Below, in pieces: positions 1 through 13,205 of a stretch of 64,000 nucleotides of DNA. The notes under the pieces were generated by a model. It searched no databases, was not told where the DNA came from, and saw nothing but the letters and a program-made list of their open reading frames with translations. The stretch lies in the NCBI RefSeq assembly GCF_009914755.1, contig NC_060929.1; one strand, 5' to 3'. How positions within the stretch are numbered: the first letter of the stretch is position 1; each line of letters opens with the position of its first letter. The stretch is from the human T2T-CHM13v2.0 reference genome, Homo sapiens. The translations under genes were made by a program, and so were the position numbers.

Positions 1-700
1 GCTGGGGTCACCTTCTTCATAATCATAATTAAGGCACCATTTTGTTGTAACATGGTTGACAATAGGCCCATTCAAAGACATTTTCTTGTAGCTTTTTCAT
101 GCATAGCGTATTAGGAATTTCTTCAAGCTCCAACGTTTGCAGGACTTTTGAAAACAAATTTTCCTTGTATATGGACACCGCTGAGCTGCACTAAGTCACA
201 ATATGATATATGCAGAACAACTAAAGCAGCCAGCATCTTGTTAGTGGTATAACCCTACCATGCTTGGGATACCTGAGTACCATTAATTGTAGACCATCAT
301 CTGACCTTGACAAAGGATGGGCCCAAGGTCAACCCACATATTAAGTATGCATACTCATTTTTGAGATTAAAATAAATACAGAAAAAGTTGTAGAATTTTT
401 TTCCTGGAGCCCAGTAGATCCTGCAATTCAAGTGATATTCACATCGTACTGTGAAGCCACTGGTCTAAATCTCTCCATACTAAATCTAAAGTTTTAGATT
501 TTTAGCCTCTATAGTTTAAAAAAGTTCTCACATCTATGGGCTCTGGGCTGGAAATTCTGAAACTAACAAGAGTCAACAATGAGACAGTCCAATAGTAGCT
601 CAAGAATGCACATCACCTTATTCCTTCATTTGAAGCAGATAGGAACATTTTTCTAATGATTTTTAAATTGTAGTGGTCCCATCAAAGAAGGAGCCTTTTT

Positions 701-1003
701 GCTGGGCGTGGTGGCTCATGCCTGAATTCCCAGCACTTTGGGTGGCCAAGGCGGGCAGATCACCTGAGATCAGGAGTTCAAGACCAGCCTGGCCAACATG
801 GTGAAACGCTGTCTCTACTAAAAATACAAAAATTAGCCTGGTGTGGTGGCGCACACCTGCAGTCTCAGCTACTGGGGAGGCTGCAGCCAGAGAATCGCTT
901 GAACCTGGGAGGCAGAGGTTTCAGTGAGCCAAGATCATGTCACTGCACATTCCAGCCTTGGCAACAGAGAGATTCCATCTCAAAAAAAAAAAAAAAAAAA
1001 AAA
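701..1003 (+). mobile_element. Alu SINE (AluS, Sx-like)
   Basis: GCTGGGCGTGGTGGCTCATGCC start, central TACTAAAAATACAAAAATTAGC linker, right arm and A22 tail. Confidence 0.95.
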
Positions 1004-3362
1004 GGTGTGCGGGGGAGGGACTTTTAAATTCTTGACTTCTCACTCTTTATAAACTACTTTGGAAGGGTGGTTTCATTCATTCTCATACTTTTCCATTAAA
1101 ACAGTTCTTAATCTGAATATAATCAGGGTTGAGATTTAAATAAAAAGAGAGACTTCCAACCCTTTTTTAAAATGAATTTTTAAAAGAAGATAAAAGAATC
1201 AAGGGGAAAACTAAAGAGATGGCCGTATTTCCTAGAGTTAAGCATGCAAATCAAAGGACAGAACATATGGGTGAAGAAAACTTCTCAGCAGGGTCAAATC
1301 CATAGGAGATTCTCATTGCTACCGGATCACGCTGTCCTCCAAAGACAGCCCGCTCAGATCAGGTTACCATAGTTTATGTACTTTATAAACTGAGCAAGAT
1401 AAATAGTGTGTTAAGGCTTTATGGACTTGTTATGACAGCTAATTTTGTATTGCCTGACATAGTATCTGAGCAAATGTACAGATGTTCATTCATTTTCACT
1501 CCACTATAGATACTGTAAATTGAGTAACTCTGGAAGTCCAGTCATAACAGCTGACAAATATCCCTGCTACCTAGAAGAATGAAAGTTGTAAGTCACTGGA
1601 CTTCAACCAAGAAAGTTAGCAGGGAACATGGGGGCCCATGCATCTTTTTAATGATTGCATTGCAGAAATCTACTGTGGGTTTCCTATGACAGTCTACCTG
1701 GTGGCTCAGAGGACACCTAATGAATCAGCCATAACTTTAAGTGACGTAAGGCCTGACAAATGAGGGGCTGCTGGCGTGCCTTTGAGTTTATCAGCCTCTC
1801 CGTGAAACCACCCATTGTGATCCAAACCTTGCCTTTGTTTTCTCCTTTACTGTGATCCCTTCCTAATTTTAAAAGGGTCAAATAGCTTTTACTGAACACA
1901 ATGGCAGGCAGTCCTTCCTAAAAGTGTCACATGGCACATGACCCTAGCATATTTTCCTGCTCTTGAAGCTGACCAATCATTCTAAAGGGATTGTTTCCCA
2001 AATGTTATTCTCTGCAAAACATGCCAATATTTATTTGATTCTTATCCACAGGCTACTTATGACAGTTCATCTTTGATTTGAGGCTGATTAAAACATAATC
2101 TCCATGATAAAATACCAATTTTAAATATTTTCCATTTATTAAAGGGAATGCAGGAGTATCTCATAGCCTATATACATCAATAATTCCATGTAACTATTTG
2201 TACTGCTTATGATTTCCCATTTTCCATATGATTCTTGATTCCCAATCAAGAATCTCATGATTGTTGGTTTTCTTGGGGTGTATTTTAAACATCTTTGAAA
2301 ATAAAGAATTTTAAAGAATATAAATGATAGAACTGATTAGATTATATATCTATATCATGTGCATTTTTGTTTGCTTTGAGTGTACGACTTAAAAATGTTT
2401 ATGTCATTTTAAAGAGTAAAACAATAAATCAGTATTTTCAGATGCTCTTTGAGATTATCACGTCCACATTTGGTGTGTGTGTGAGGGTGTGTGGGACTTC
2501 TTTCACCCTTGGCTATAAACCAGAGGAAAGCAGTGATTAAGGTAATTGTGATGTTGTGAGGTTTTGTTGTTTTTCACTTATGTATATGTTTGTTGCTTGT
2601 TTTTGCTTATGTATATGTCTTTATGTATATATTTGCTTTTTAATGATAAATTGTGAGGAACAGAAACCAACACCAAAAAAGAATTGAATTGTAAATTGAG
2701 TCTAGTATTTATATTATTGTGCAAACAATATGAATAAAGCAAATTTCTTGTCATCATGGTGCTTCCCTTTACTGGAAAAACAAACAATAAAAAATTAAAT
2801 ATATACTACAATCTGAATTTCTCTAAAGACAAAGCAAGGTAAGATAATACAAAGAGAATATGGGTGACTTTTGTAGAAGAGTAAGGGAGAATATCTATGT
2901 GCACAAATGCAGAAAATAGTGAAAAAACATTTTTTTAAATATGAGTCACCTTTTTAAGCAACAACATTTAATAAGATAGTATTTAAATCTTAAGTATCAG
3001 CATTGCTTTTACCTCTAACTGTGTCCCAATATAACACACAACCAAATAACACTTTAACATCCATCTCAAACTTTTTTCCATTTCTAGTTTGCCAAAATTT
3101 GTGGAAGCATCCTTCCTGTCAATATCGTAAGACAGTATTTCAACTAGACAAAGAGATTTATCTATATGCACTTTCATCCATGCCTCAGTTGATTTTATGT
3201 TGCTTTTTTCATATTTCTTTTCCTATATTCCTGAGGAAATATTTTCAGAAAGAAATTTGGAAGGGTAAATGATACCTCTATGTTGAGAACCAATGGAGAT
3301 GTTGAAGTAGGTTTTCTTAATGGAGAAGAGACATTGTAAGGTTCTTCAGAGAAAGTGTTGAC

Positions 3363-3432
3363 AGATGATAATGATGATAATGATGGTGGTGGTGGTGGTG
3401 ATGAAGAAGATGATGGTGATGATGATGATGAT
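3363..3432. repeat. Compound (GAT)n/(GGT)n trinucleotide microsatellite
   Basis: Visible GATGATAATGAT...GGTGGTGGT...GATGATGATGAT run. Confidence 0.9.
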
Positions 3433-3524
3433 CGCAGAATCAACCAGAATGATGTTAAAGGGGACAAAAGGACCCAATAGAAAAGTTGGATATTACATGA
3501 CATAAAAACAGAGATGACATTAGT

Positions 3525-3660
3525 CCTGAAGTTAAGGGGCTAGCTCATGCTCTGCCTTTACTTAACCAAATGACTCTGGGTTCCTCCCTTAAATTACCTG
3601 AGAATTGGATTTTTCTAATGTGGGCAAATGGGAGATATCAAGGCATGTTTGCCCTTCCCA
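3525..3660 (+). mobile_element. Degenerate MIR fragment
   Basis: CTCTGCCTTTACTTAACCAAATGACTCTGGG...AAATGGGAGATA resembles the MIR core. Confidence 0.4.
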
Positions 3661-3714
3661 TAGGTGAGTAGTAGATTTTATTATATATGTAGTACTTTTT
3701 GCTGAGCCCAAAGA

Positions 3715-4061
3715 TTTTTTTCAGCCTTTATTTTAGATTCAGGGGATACATATGCAGGTTTGTTACCTGGGTATACTGTGTGATGCTGAGGCTTGGGGTA
3801 CAAATAAACCGGTGACTCAGCTACTGATAAGTACCTAAGAGTTAGTTTTTCACCCCTTTCCCCGCTCCCTCCCTCCCCCATCCAGTAGTCCCCAGTGTAC
3901 CTTATTCCCATCTTTACAGCTCTGAATGCCCAATGGTTACCTCCCTCTTATAAGTGAGAACATGCAGTGTTTGGTTTTCTGTTCCTTTGTTAAGTTACTT
4001 AGGATAACGGCCTCTAGCTATATCCATGTTGCTGCAAAGAACATAATTTCATTTTTTGTTA
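3715..4061 (-). mobile_element. 5'-truncated L1 3' end (L1PA15/16 or L1PB-like)
   Basis: TTTATTTTAGATTCAGGGGATACATATGCAGGTTTGTTAC is the antisense L1 3'UTR terminus. It is flanked by a near-identical TSD TGCTGAGC(C/T)CAAA at about 3700 and 4062. Confidence 0.85.
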
Positions 4062-4199
4062 TGCTGAGCTCAAACTTAATTCCAGAATACAAGGTATATA
4101 TTGTAAATTGATTAGATATACCCTTAAAGATGAAAACACATCAAGGATATTTTTGGTGGAGTGTTAGGAGGCACAAAATGTGAAACTGAAAGTATTCTA

Positions 4200-4832
4200 A
4201 GATCCAACATTATATAAATGGCAGTATTTCTGTCTTCTTTTAAACTGAATATTTTTTTTATATATACCCTAAATTTCTTCATTCATTCATCTGCCTATGG
4301 ACACTTATGCTGATTCTATATCTTGACCACTGTGAATAATGCTACCATGAACACAGGAGTGCAGATATCCTCAAGGGGGGCTGATTTCCTTTTCCCTGGA
4401 TATGTAACCAGAAGAATTGCTGGATAACATCATAGCCCTAAAAGAAAAATTAAGGAGCTTCTATACTGTTTCCTTATATAATGGCCATTCCAATTTACAT
4501 TCCCAACCGTGTGTTTTCTCTTCTCCACACCCTCTCCATACACTTGTTGTCTCTTCTCCTTTTTACAGTAGCCATGTTAACAGTGAAATGATATCTATTG
4601 TGATTTTAATTTAATTTGCATTGTCCTGATTATTAGTGATGTTGAGCACTTCCTCACATACTTGACCATTTTTATTTCTTCTTTCGAAAAATGTCAATTC
4701 AGGTCCTTTGTCCATTTTTTAAATTGGATTATGTTTTATTTTTGCTATTGAGTTTTGTGAGTTCCTTATTAATTTTGAATGTTAACCTCTTAACAGATAC
4801 ATGGTTTACAAATACTTTCTTCCAATCTATAG
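4200..4832 (-). mobile_element. Old L1 (L1MA/MB-like), ORF2 C-terminal segment
   Basis: Antisense L1 motifs such as GTGAATAATGCTACCATGAACACAGGAGTGCAGATATC and CTGATTATTAGTGATGTTGAGCAC. Confidence 0.8.
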
Positions 4833-4834
4833 CT

Positions 4835-6278
4835 AGATTATATACCATGACAAGTAGGATTTATCTCTGGCATGCAAGGTTGGTTTAACTATGCAAATCA
4901 ATCAATGTGATACATCATATTAGAAGAATAAAGACAAAAATCACATAATGTCAACAGATGCAGAAAAAAGAATGACAAAATTTAACAACTTTTTATAATA
5001 AAAACTCTAAAAAATGTATATGACAATTTTCTTGACATAATAAAGGCCATTTATATAGAGCTTATTGCTAACAGCATAAAAAATTGGGAAAAACTGAAAT
5101 CATTTCCTCTATGATCTGATACAAGGAAAAGACTTTTTCACTTCTTTTTAACATAGTACCAGAAGTACTAGAAAGAACACTCAGACAAAAAATAAATAAG
5201 TAAATAAATAAATAAATAAAAGGCATCTAGAAAAAAAAGAAGTAAAATTAGGCCTGTTTAAAGATTTCATGATTCTATAGCTAGAAAACTTTAAAGACTC
5301 CATACACACACACACACACACATGCACACACATACACAAACTGTTAGAACTAGTAAATAAGTCCAGTAAGGTAGCAGGATACAAAACCAATATAAAAAAA
5401 TCAGTTGCATTTAATTACACTGATAAAAATATATCTGAGAAAAAATAAAGGAAACAATTCCATTTATAATAGCATCAAAAAAGAATAAAATACTTAGAAA
5501 TAAATTTAACCAAATTAAAAAAAATTTACACTGAAAACTATGAAACATTGATGAAATAAATTGAAGTTACAAATAAATGAAAAGATAGATCATGTTTATA
5601 ATTTAGAAAAATTAATATTGTTAAAATGACCATAAAGCCATAGCAATATACAGATTCAGTGCAATCCCTATCAAAATCTTAATAGCATTTTTTTACAAAT
5701 ATAAAAGGACAGTGCTAAAATTTTTATGGAGCCACAAAAGACTCTGAATAGATAAAATAATCTTGACAGGAAAAAAAAGTTGGAGGCATCATACATCACA
5801 CTTACTGATTTCAAGTTGCATTACAGAGCTATGATAATCAGAACAATATGGTGAGCATAAAAACAACACATGGACCAGTGAAACAGAGTAGAGAACCCAG
5901 AAATAAATCCAAGCATGTATAGTTAGCTGATTTTTACAAAGGCACCTAGAAGACACCGTAAGTAAGGAAAGGATAATCTCTTCAGCAATGGTGTTGGGAA
6001 AACTGGATATTCGTAGGCAAAAGAAGTAAGTTAACCCCTTACCTTACACCATACACTAATGTCAAATCAAAAGTGAATTTAAAACCTGAATATAAGACTT
6101 GAAACCATACAATTCCTGAAAGAAAGCCTAAGGGAAAAGCTTCCTGATATTGACCTTGGAAATAATTTTTTGGATATCACACCAAAACCACAGGCAACAA
6201 GAGCAAACCTGGAAAAATGATCTGAAATGAAACTAAAACGCTTCTGCACAGCAAAGAAACCCATCAACAAAATTAGAA
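4835..6278 (+). mobile_element. Old L1 ORF2 (RT to C-terminal region), inverted relative to the adjacent segment
   Basis: Begins at the L1 '[16 protein letters not shown]' region (CATGACAAGTAGGATTTATCTCTGGCATGCAAGGTTGG) and ends at the 'FCTAKETIN' region. Many stops and frameshifts; a (CA)n tract lies near 5303-5337. Confidence 0.85.
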
Positions 6279-6719
6279 AATCCAAATGCTCTTTAAAGGT
6301 TCTCAAACAACAAGAGTAACTGAAAGATTAATATGAATCTTATTTATACTTAGCCCAAAATCGATTCCATTGAAATATAAAATAACTAAAATCTTAAATT
6401 GTGATTAAGATAATCCTTCCCTACTATATCTTCTGACCTTATTACTTATATTCCTATTTCTCCATTGTCATATTTAATAATTATTTCTGTTCTATAACCA
6501 TAATTTCCATGATGCTCTTTCTTTAGTTTTATGTTTAAGTTGATTCATCTTTTCTCCAATTTTTTTACTTATTTATTGGCAAGTGGGAATTAGCAAATAT
6601 GTATTTTATTTAAAAAACTCTTGCAATCTCTATCCCTTGAATTACTAAAGTTAAAATATATGCATGTGTTCTTTGTATTTGAATAACCATTTGGCTTGTT
6701 ACTTTTTGCTATATTTACT

Positions 6720-8590
6720 TTTTAACATTTTGTTTTTTAATAATTATAGACCCACAGGACATCTCAAAAACAGTCTATGAAGTCCCTTGAGCCATTCACC
6801 CAGTTTCTCCCAATAAGGACATCTTACATTAATCTGGAATAAGATCAAAGCTGGGAAACTGGCATTGGCACAATATGGTTAACTGGACTACAGTCTTTAT
6901 TCAGTTGTTACCAGTTTTTCATGCATATATTTGTATGTGTGTGATGTGTGTGTGCGTGTGCAGTTACATGCAATTTGATCCTGAGTGTTAGAACCACCAC
7001 CATCAGTAGACAGATGAGTCATTGCTTTAGACCAGTGGTCCCCAAGCTTCTTGGCACCAGGGACTGGATATGTGGAAGATGGTTTTTCTATGGACAGGGG
7101 TGGTGGAGATGGTTTTTTGAGATGAAACTGTTCCACCTCATATCATCAGGCATTAGTTAGATTCTCATAAGGAATGTGCAACATAGATCCCTCACATGCA
7201 CAGTTCACAATAGGGCGTGTGCTCCTGTGAGAATCGAATGCCATGGCTGATCAGACGGGAGGTGGAGTTCAGGCAGGAATGCTCACTCACCTGCTGCTCA
7301 GTCAGTTCCCAATAGGCCACAGATCAGTACAGCTCCATAGCCCCGGGGGTGGGGGACCCGTGTTTTAGAGGATCTCCCTCTGCAGCCAGTTATATCTCCA
7401 TCCCAGTTCCCTGCAACTACTTATGTGTTCTCAATCTCTGTATCTTTCTTATTCCAACAAAATTATATAAATGGGCTCATGTGGCATATACAATTTGAGA
7501 TTGGCTTTTTCACTAAGCATAATTCCCTGGATATTAGTTGTTACAAGCATCAGAGGTTTCTTCCTTTTCATTGCTGAGTAGTTTTCCATGGTATGGATGG
7601 CCTATGCTTTGCTTAACCATTCAGTCACTGAAAGACAACTTGGTTGTTTCTGGTTGAGGGCTATTCTGAGTAAAGCTGCTATGACCATTCATGACTAGAT
7701 TTCTGTGTCACTAACAGGTTTCCTTTCTTTAAAACAAATGTCCAAAAGTGCAAATGCTGGGTTGTATAACAAGCATTTTTTATTTAAAAATCTGACAAAC
7801 TGTTTTCCGGAATGGCTTTGTCACTTTCCATTTCCAAAAGCAGTGTAGGAGTGAGCTAGTGGCCCTGCAGCTTCACCAGCAGTGGGTATTTTCACCTTGC
7901 TGGCAGATGTGTCCTAGTATTTCAGAGTGATTCTAATTTATATTTCCTTCATGGCTAAAGATATTGGGCATCTTTTCACACCCTCTGTAGCGAAATGGTT
8001 GTTTGTACCTATTGCCAAGTTTCTAATTGGGTGGTGTGCTGTTACTGTTGTTGTTTTATACTTCAGAGTTTTGAGAGTTCTTTAAGTTCTTTATATATTC
8101 TACTTACAAATTCGTTGACAAATTTGTTGTTCACAAGTATTTTCTCCAAGCTGTTACTTGTTTTTTCATCCTTTTTATGGTTGTTTGGAGAACAAACATA
8201 TTTTAATTTTGAAGAAGTTCAATTTAGCAAATTTTTAATGTATGGATCATGCTGTTACTGTCACATCTAAGAATTCTTCACCTAGTGCAGGTGAAAATTT
8301 TCAAAATTGCTTTAGTTTTAATTGTTCTAGGCCTTTTGCCTTTCTATGCAAAGTCCAGAATAAGCTTATCTATCTCTACAAAAAAGTTCTTGCTGGAGTT
8401 TCGATAGGCATTGCATTAAACCTGTAGATAAATTTAGGGAAAATTCACGTCTTTAATATGTTGAGTCTTCCAGTTTATGGACCCTGCATGTTTCGTATTT
8501 ATTTAGATCTTAGACTTCATCAGTGTTTTATAATTTTCAGCACTCAGACCTTTTACATGTTTGGTTTGATTTATACTTAAGTATTTCATT
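6720..8590 (-). mobile_element. Old L1M (L1MC/MD-like) 3' region, interrupted by MER1B and internally deleted near 8290
   Basis: Antisense L1 3'UTR and ORF2 motifs (TTGGCTTTTTCACTAAGCATAAT, ATTGCTGAGTAGTTTTCCATGGTATGGATG, GCATTGCATTAAACCTGTAGATAAATTTAGGG). Confidence 0.7.
7033..7362 (+). mobile_element. MER1B hAT-Charlie MITE
   Basis: TIRs CAGTGGTCCCCAA...GGGGACCCGTG, internal GATGAAACTGTTCCACCTCA...TTAGATTCTCATAAGGA, and an 8-bp TSD CTTTAGAC/TTTTAGAG. Confidence 0.88.
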
Positions 8591-10886
8591 GTGTTTATTT
8601 TTCATCATCAGGTAATTGGAAGTGAAGTTCCAGTTAAAACTTTGCTTTTCAGACACAAAGGCTGCCGTTCCCCCTCTGCCTGGCTGCCACTCCCTCAGGA
8701 AAGCATTTGCAATTGCAAAGCATCTCTTTATCTGGGGAAAATTCCAGGCACTGAGACAAGCTAGTGCATAGTCGTGTGCATGGGCTGTTTTTGAATGGGG
8801 AGGGCGCTCCAGAACGTGGTGGCCTTGAGTAGGGTCTCTGAACAACAGCCGCAGGCTGGCCCTCACCTTTCACAACCTCTTCCTTTCATCCTCACTTAGG
8901 AACCACAGACTTTCTAGAAATACCTGGGTTGTCCTTAGGGTTTCTGTCAGTGGATAAAGAGGCCATAGGTTTTACAACAGAATGAAGGTAACTTGAAGGA
9001 CACAGGGAATCAGTCTGTAGTCTCCTTAAATGTTCTCTTTGGATTCAGAGACACTTAAAGCAGAGAGAAGGATATCTCACAGCTCTTGTAAGGTACCGCG
9101 TGCCTACGCTTGGTTTGAGTGGCCGTTTGGATGTGGAATTTTTACTTTCATCAGCAGTTTCCTTGTGCAGAACACACGTCGTGAAGGGCTTCAGGGTGTC
9201 CAGAAGTTGAGGTGCGACATGTTGCAGGGACCAGTGTGTCATGAGTGAGGGAGACGCAAATCTCTGCACCCCATGGGATCATCCACATGGCCTGTGACAC
9301 AGAGATGGCTCTGCAGCCTGAGAGTCCGCTCCCTGACAACCACAGGGATCTGGAATAGAGAATCACACTTGTGAGAGTGTGTGTACATTCATATATGTAA
9401 TTTTTGTCTGATTTGTGGTTCACTAGTTTTTATTGGAATTCCTTTCTCTATTTTATAATTACACTAGCTCTAGTTTTTCCTTGTGGACATGAAACCTGAC
9501 CCTCTCAGTACTAATTAGAGATGTCTAATGGGAAAACCACACATTCTACCAGTGTCCACCACAATAAGCCTTTCCAGTAATTGATGTACTCCAGTGGGTC
9601 ACATTTCATTACATGAGGTGACTTCATAAACCGATTTGACAGGTTATGTGACCACATGATTCATCAACTTCACAACCAGGCTTGGGTGGCACCTGGCGGA
9701 GCAGCAATGCAACCTTAAAGTGGGTGAGTAGGAAAGAGTAATTTGCATTATTTCATAAATAGTTAAATACTTTGATATCTACACTAGGAAAAAATGTACC
9801 TGCAGCTCACATTCTCTCTCAGTGCATAAAATGGGGCCTTGTGTAACACAGACGAGCTAGGAATAGGGAAACATTTTAGACAGATATTCCATTTCCTACG
9901 GACTTTGGGGAAAAAGTAAATGTTTGCTCCCTAATTCTCAGTGAAGACTCTTGGTAGGACTTTCATTACATAGAAGAATAAGACGGCAAAAAATCTTCAC
10001 ATCCCCTTTGTAAATCTCCTGAAGTCTTCTCTGTTAAGGAAAATGATGCCCACATTACTACTTATAAAGTGAATCTATGTGGGAAAAACAGATAATATTC
10101 ATGCTAATCATTTGTTGTGAAATTTGATTATTGGTAAATTGGATTTTGGTACTTTTTTTGAAATTTGAATCAATGTAGATTAATAATTATAATAATAAAA
10201 GATGTATTTTCTGGTTTGAATATGTTTTAAAATTAAGTTTCCCTAATAAAGAAATACACTCAGGATTCTATATCATCTAAAGGTAACATAATGCTATCAA
10301 TTAAAATGGTCTTTATTACTTTTTAGAGATAACTTTTTAGGTAACACATTCCAAGTATCATTTGTTCCACTCAGTGATATTCATCAGCTAGTTGAGGTCT
10401 GATGAACAGATTTAGGAGACTGAAAATTTGGAGCAATATGCTATTAAAAAAAGATCTAGGCTTTTTTTGTGTGTGTGAAAAAGCATTCTTTTCTTGAGCA
10501 CCACTGACATAAAAGGCAGATGATATAGAAATGTCCCAAAAGTCAGACGCATTGGAAAAAAAAGAATAAACAGGAAAATGCCTGAATCCCCCACAGACGC
10601 CACCAATTTTCCAATCCCTGGATGCAGTTCCATAATGCAATGAATTTCATCATAGCCCTATTCACCTAGGATATGAGTGCCTTGGAAGTATAATGAATCT
10701 GAGGTGATGTGGCTCCAGCCTCCAACCCTGAACAACCAGGAGACTCCTGGAGTCTAATTGCTGCACCAAAACTCATGAGCCTGATCCCTCTCTCTGCATG
10801 AGAAGTAAACTGTTTGTGTTCTCTTTGATTTCTAGTACTGCTATCAGAAGATGGCCCTCCGATTTGATGTTAGGAGCTCAGCTATT

Positions 10887-11358
10887 TCGGGGTGGTTCCC
10901 TCCTGCCAGCACCCTCTGATGCATTCCTATTCATTATCCCATTATCCCCTGTTTTGGGGGTGGTTCCATCTCCCATCACCCTCTGATGCATTCCTATTCA
11001 TTATTCCCTGTTTTGGGGGTGGTTCCATCCATCCAGCACCCTCTGACGCATTCCTATTCATTATCCCCCGTTTTGAGGGTGGTTCCATGCATGCAGCACC
11101 CTCTGATGCATTCCTATTCATTATCCCGTTTTGGGGGTGGTTCCATCCATCCAGCACCCTCTGACACATCCCTATTCATTATCCCCTGTTTTGAGGGTGG
11201 TTCCATCCATCCAGCACCCTCTGATGCATTCCTATTCATTATCCCGTTTTGAGGGTGGTTCCATCCATCCAGCACCCTCTGATGCATTCCTAGTCATTAT
11301 CCCCTGTTTTGGGGGTGGTTCCATCTCCCAGCACCCTCTGATGTATTCCTATTCATCA
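10887..11358. repeat. Minisatellite (VNTR), 58-60 bp unit, about 8 copies
   Basis: Core CACCCTCTGA at 10910, 10977, 11037, 11097, 11155, 11215, 11273 and 11332. Unit is CCAGCACCCTCTGATGCATTCCTATTCATTATCCCCTGTTTTG(G/A)GGGTGGTTCCATCCAT. Confidence 0.97.
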
Positions 11359-11369
11359 TCTTCTAATCT

Positions 11370-12050
11370 TTCCCACACTCACATTGTTTTCTGAAGATTT
11401 TCTGCTCCTGGTTTTCCTCTCTTTCCCTATGTTTCTCTTGTCCTAAGCAGCCTCAAAGTTCCCAGGACTCACTCTCCACCACACCAGTCAACCACATGTA
11501 GCTGAGTCACTCCCTGAATGTTTGTGTCCTGGCTTAGAATCCTGCCACCACTCTAATCCCTCACCAACATGTGTATTCATTGACCTCAGCCTACCATTTA
11601 TCATCATTTCTTCTTTCTCTCCTATTATGCCTGTTGCTTGACCTCACTGAGGCTTACATCATGCGCCCATGAGAGTATACATTCAACCCGGTGCCTCTGT
11701 TGTACCTACTCTGGAAAATGACACTGTGTTTCATGTAATAAGTCTGCTGAGGAGCACCTAACTATTTTGCCATGTTGCCATCCCATTGCTTCTACCCATC
11801 AAATGCCAGCCCTTGATGATTTCATGTGCTTGCTTTCTCTAGGCAACACCAACAATTCCGAAAAATCACAGAACTGTACAGATTGGTGCCTTTAAAATTC
11901 CTGATCTCCACTCTAAACTGGACAATTATCAATAATATTATCTGTTAACACTTATATATTTCCCTTGACAAATCCTACTCCCAAAGGCTAATTCAAAACT
12001 TTCTTCTTTCTTAAAACTTCACACATGACTACCTTCCTAATCAGTCCAAG
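11370..12050 (+). mobile_element. Degenerate L2 LINE internal fragment
   Basis: CTGAAGATTTTCTGCTCCTGG and GATTGGTGCCTTTAAAATTCCTGATC resemble L2 ORF2 consensus segments; pyrimidine-rich. Confidence 0.5.
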
Positions 12051-12089
12051 AAAGTCATGTCTTCTCAGAGCATATAGAACTGTCGAGAG

Positions 12090-13164
12090 ATTCAGGCTGA
12101 AGATGGAAGTGTGAAACATCTCTACCTACCTGAATGGCAAACGAAGATTGAAGAAAAAAAACTTTTAAGAGAGAGGGGTGTGAAACACAGACATGAATCT
12201 CTACAACTGTCATGCAAAATAAAGAGCTGCTCAAATCGCTAAGCCCAGGAAGGTATCATCCACATTGGTTGTGTGCAAAGATGAGCTTCAAGAACAAGAC
12301 CAATGCCATGTCACACTTTTGATAAGAAACCAAAGGTGGGCAAGAGGAGTAACTGCACGTGTACACCATGTCTCAGAAAAGCCAACAGGAAGAGTGCAGG
12401 AAGACAAATGAATGTACACGGGCGTCAGCTTGACCAAAACTGATGACGGTTGAATGCCAAGTGATCCCACAGAAATCTGCCTCCTTACAAACTACACATG
12501 TGTCTCCAGCTCACCAAGCAGCTTGGAATGCAGAACAATAAGTGGAGACATGTTCCAGACCAAGGAAGGCAACAGGTTCCATGAGAAATTGTCCTGAGTC
12601 AACATACCTAAATTAAAATTTCCTCTGGCCTAGGGCAGGCCTCACTCTGTTCCTCCCTGCATAATTCTTTAAAAATATCCAGATATGACTTTACATTCAA
12701 AATCATGAAAAAAGTAAGGAAAATGGAGTGAGTATAGTTAAAGACAGAATAAGAAGAGTCAACAATTCCAGAACCACTGTGTGAGCAGAGGGGCATTGAG
12801 GAAACTCATAAAGATTTGGAAAATAAATCTTAAAAGGATTAATTTAAAACCATGAATAGAGTGAAAATAATTTTCAGCAGAGTCAAAGCAGATTCAACAT
12901 CCTTGACCCAGATATGATAACTCAAGCTGTAGATGTTTCTGTGCTGTGATTCCCATTTATAAAAACAAGCATTAGGAGCCCTGAAAGAGAGAATACAACA
13001 AACAACTGACCGGAGTGACAGGAAGGGGAGATGAAAAGATATATGGCCTTACAAATTATGTAATTGAGGTTCCAGTTAAAGTGGACTGTATTATGGCAAG
13101 GAAACAAAAGACATCATGATTCTTTTTATAAAACCAACATAATTGTGATACCAGAACCTGTCAA

Positions 13165-13205
<41 letters not shown>

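Noticed and set aside
3195-3503. 102-aa Ser/Pro-rich ORF
   Set aside because: The low-complexity part is the translation of a GAT/GGT microsatellite; no supporting exon structure.
9685-9700. CTCF-like motif (minus strand CCGCCAGGTGCCAC)
   Set aside because: Mismatch at a core G; a single imperfect motif is expected by chance in 64 kb.
10887-11358. Regularly spaced repeats resembling a CRISPR array, and the repetitive ORFs over them
   Set aside because: Units are head-to-tail with no unique spacers, there are no cas genes, and the context is primate DNA. The ORFs only reflect the periodicity.
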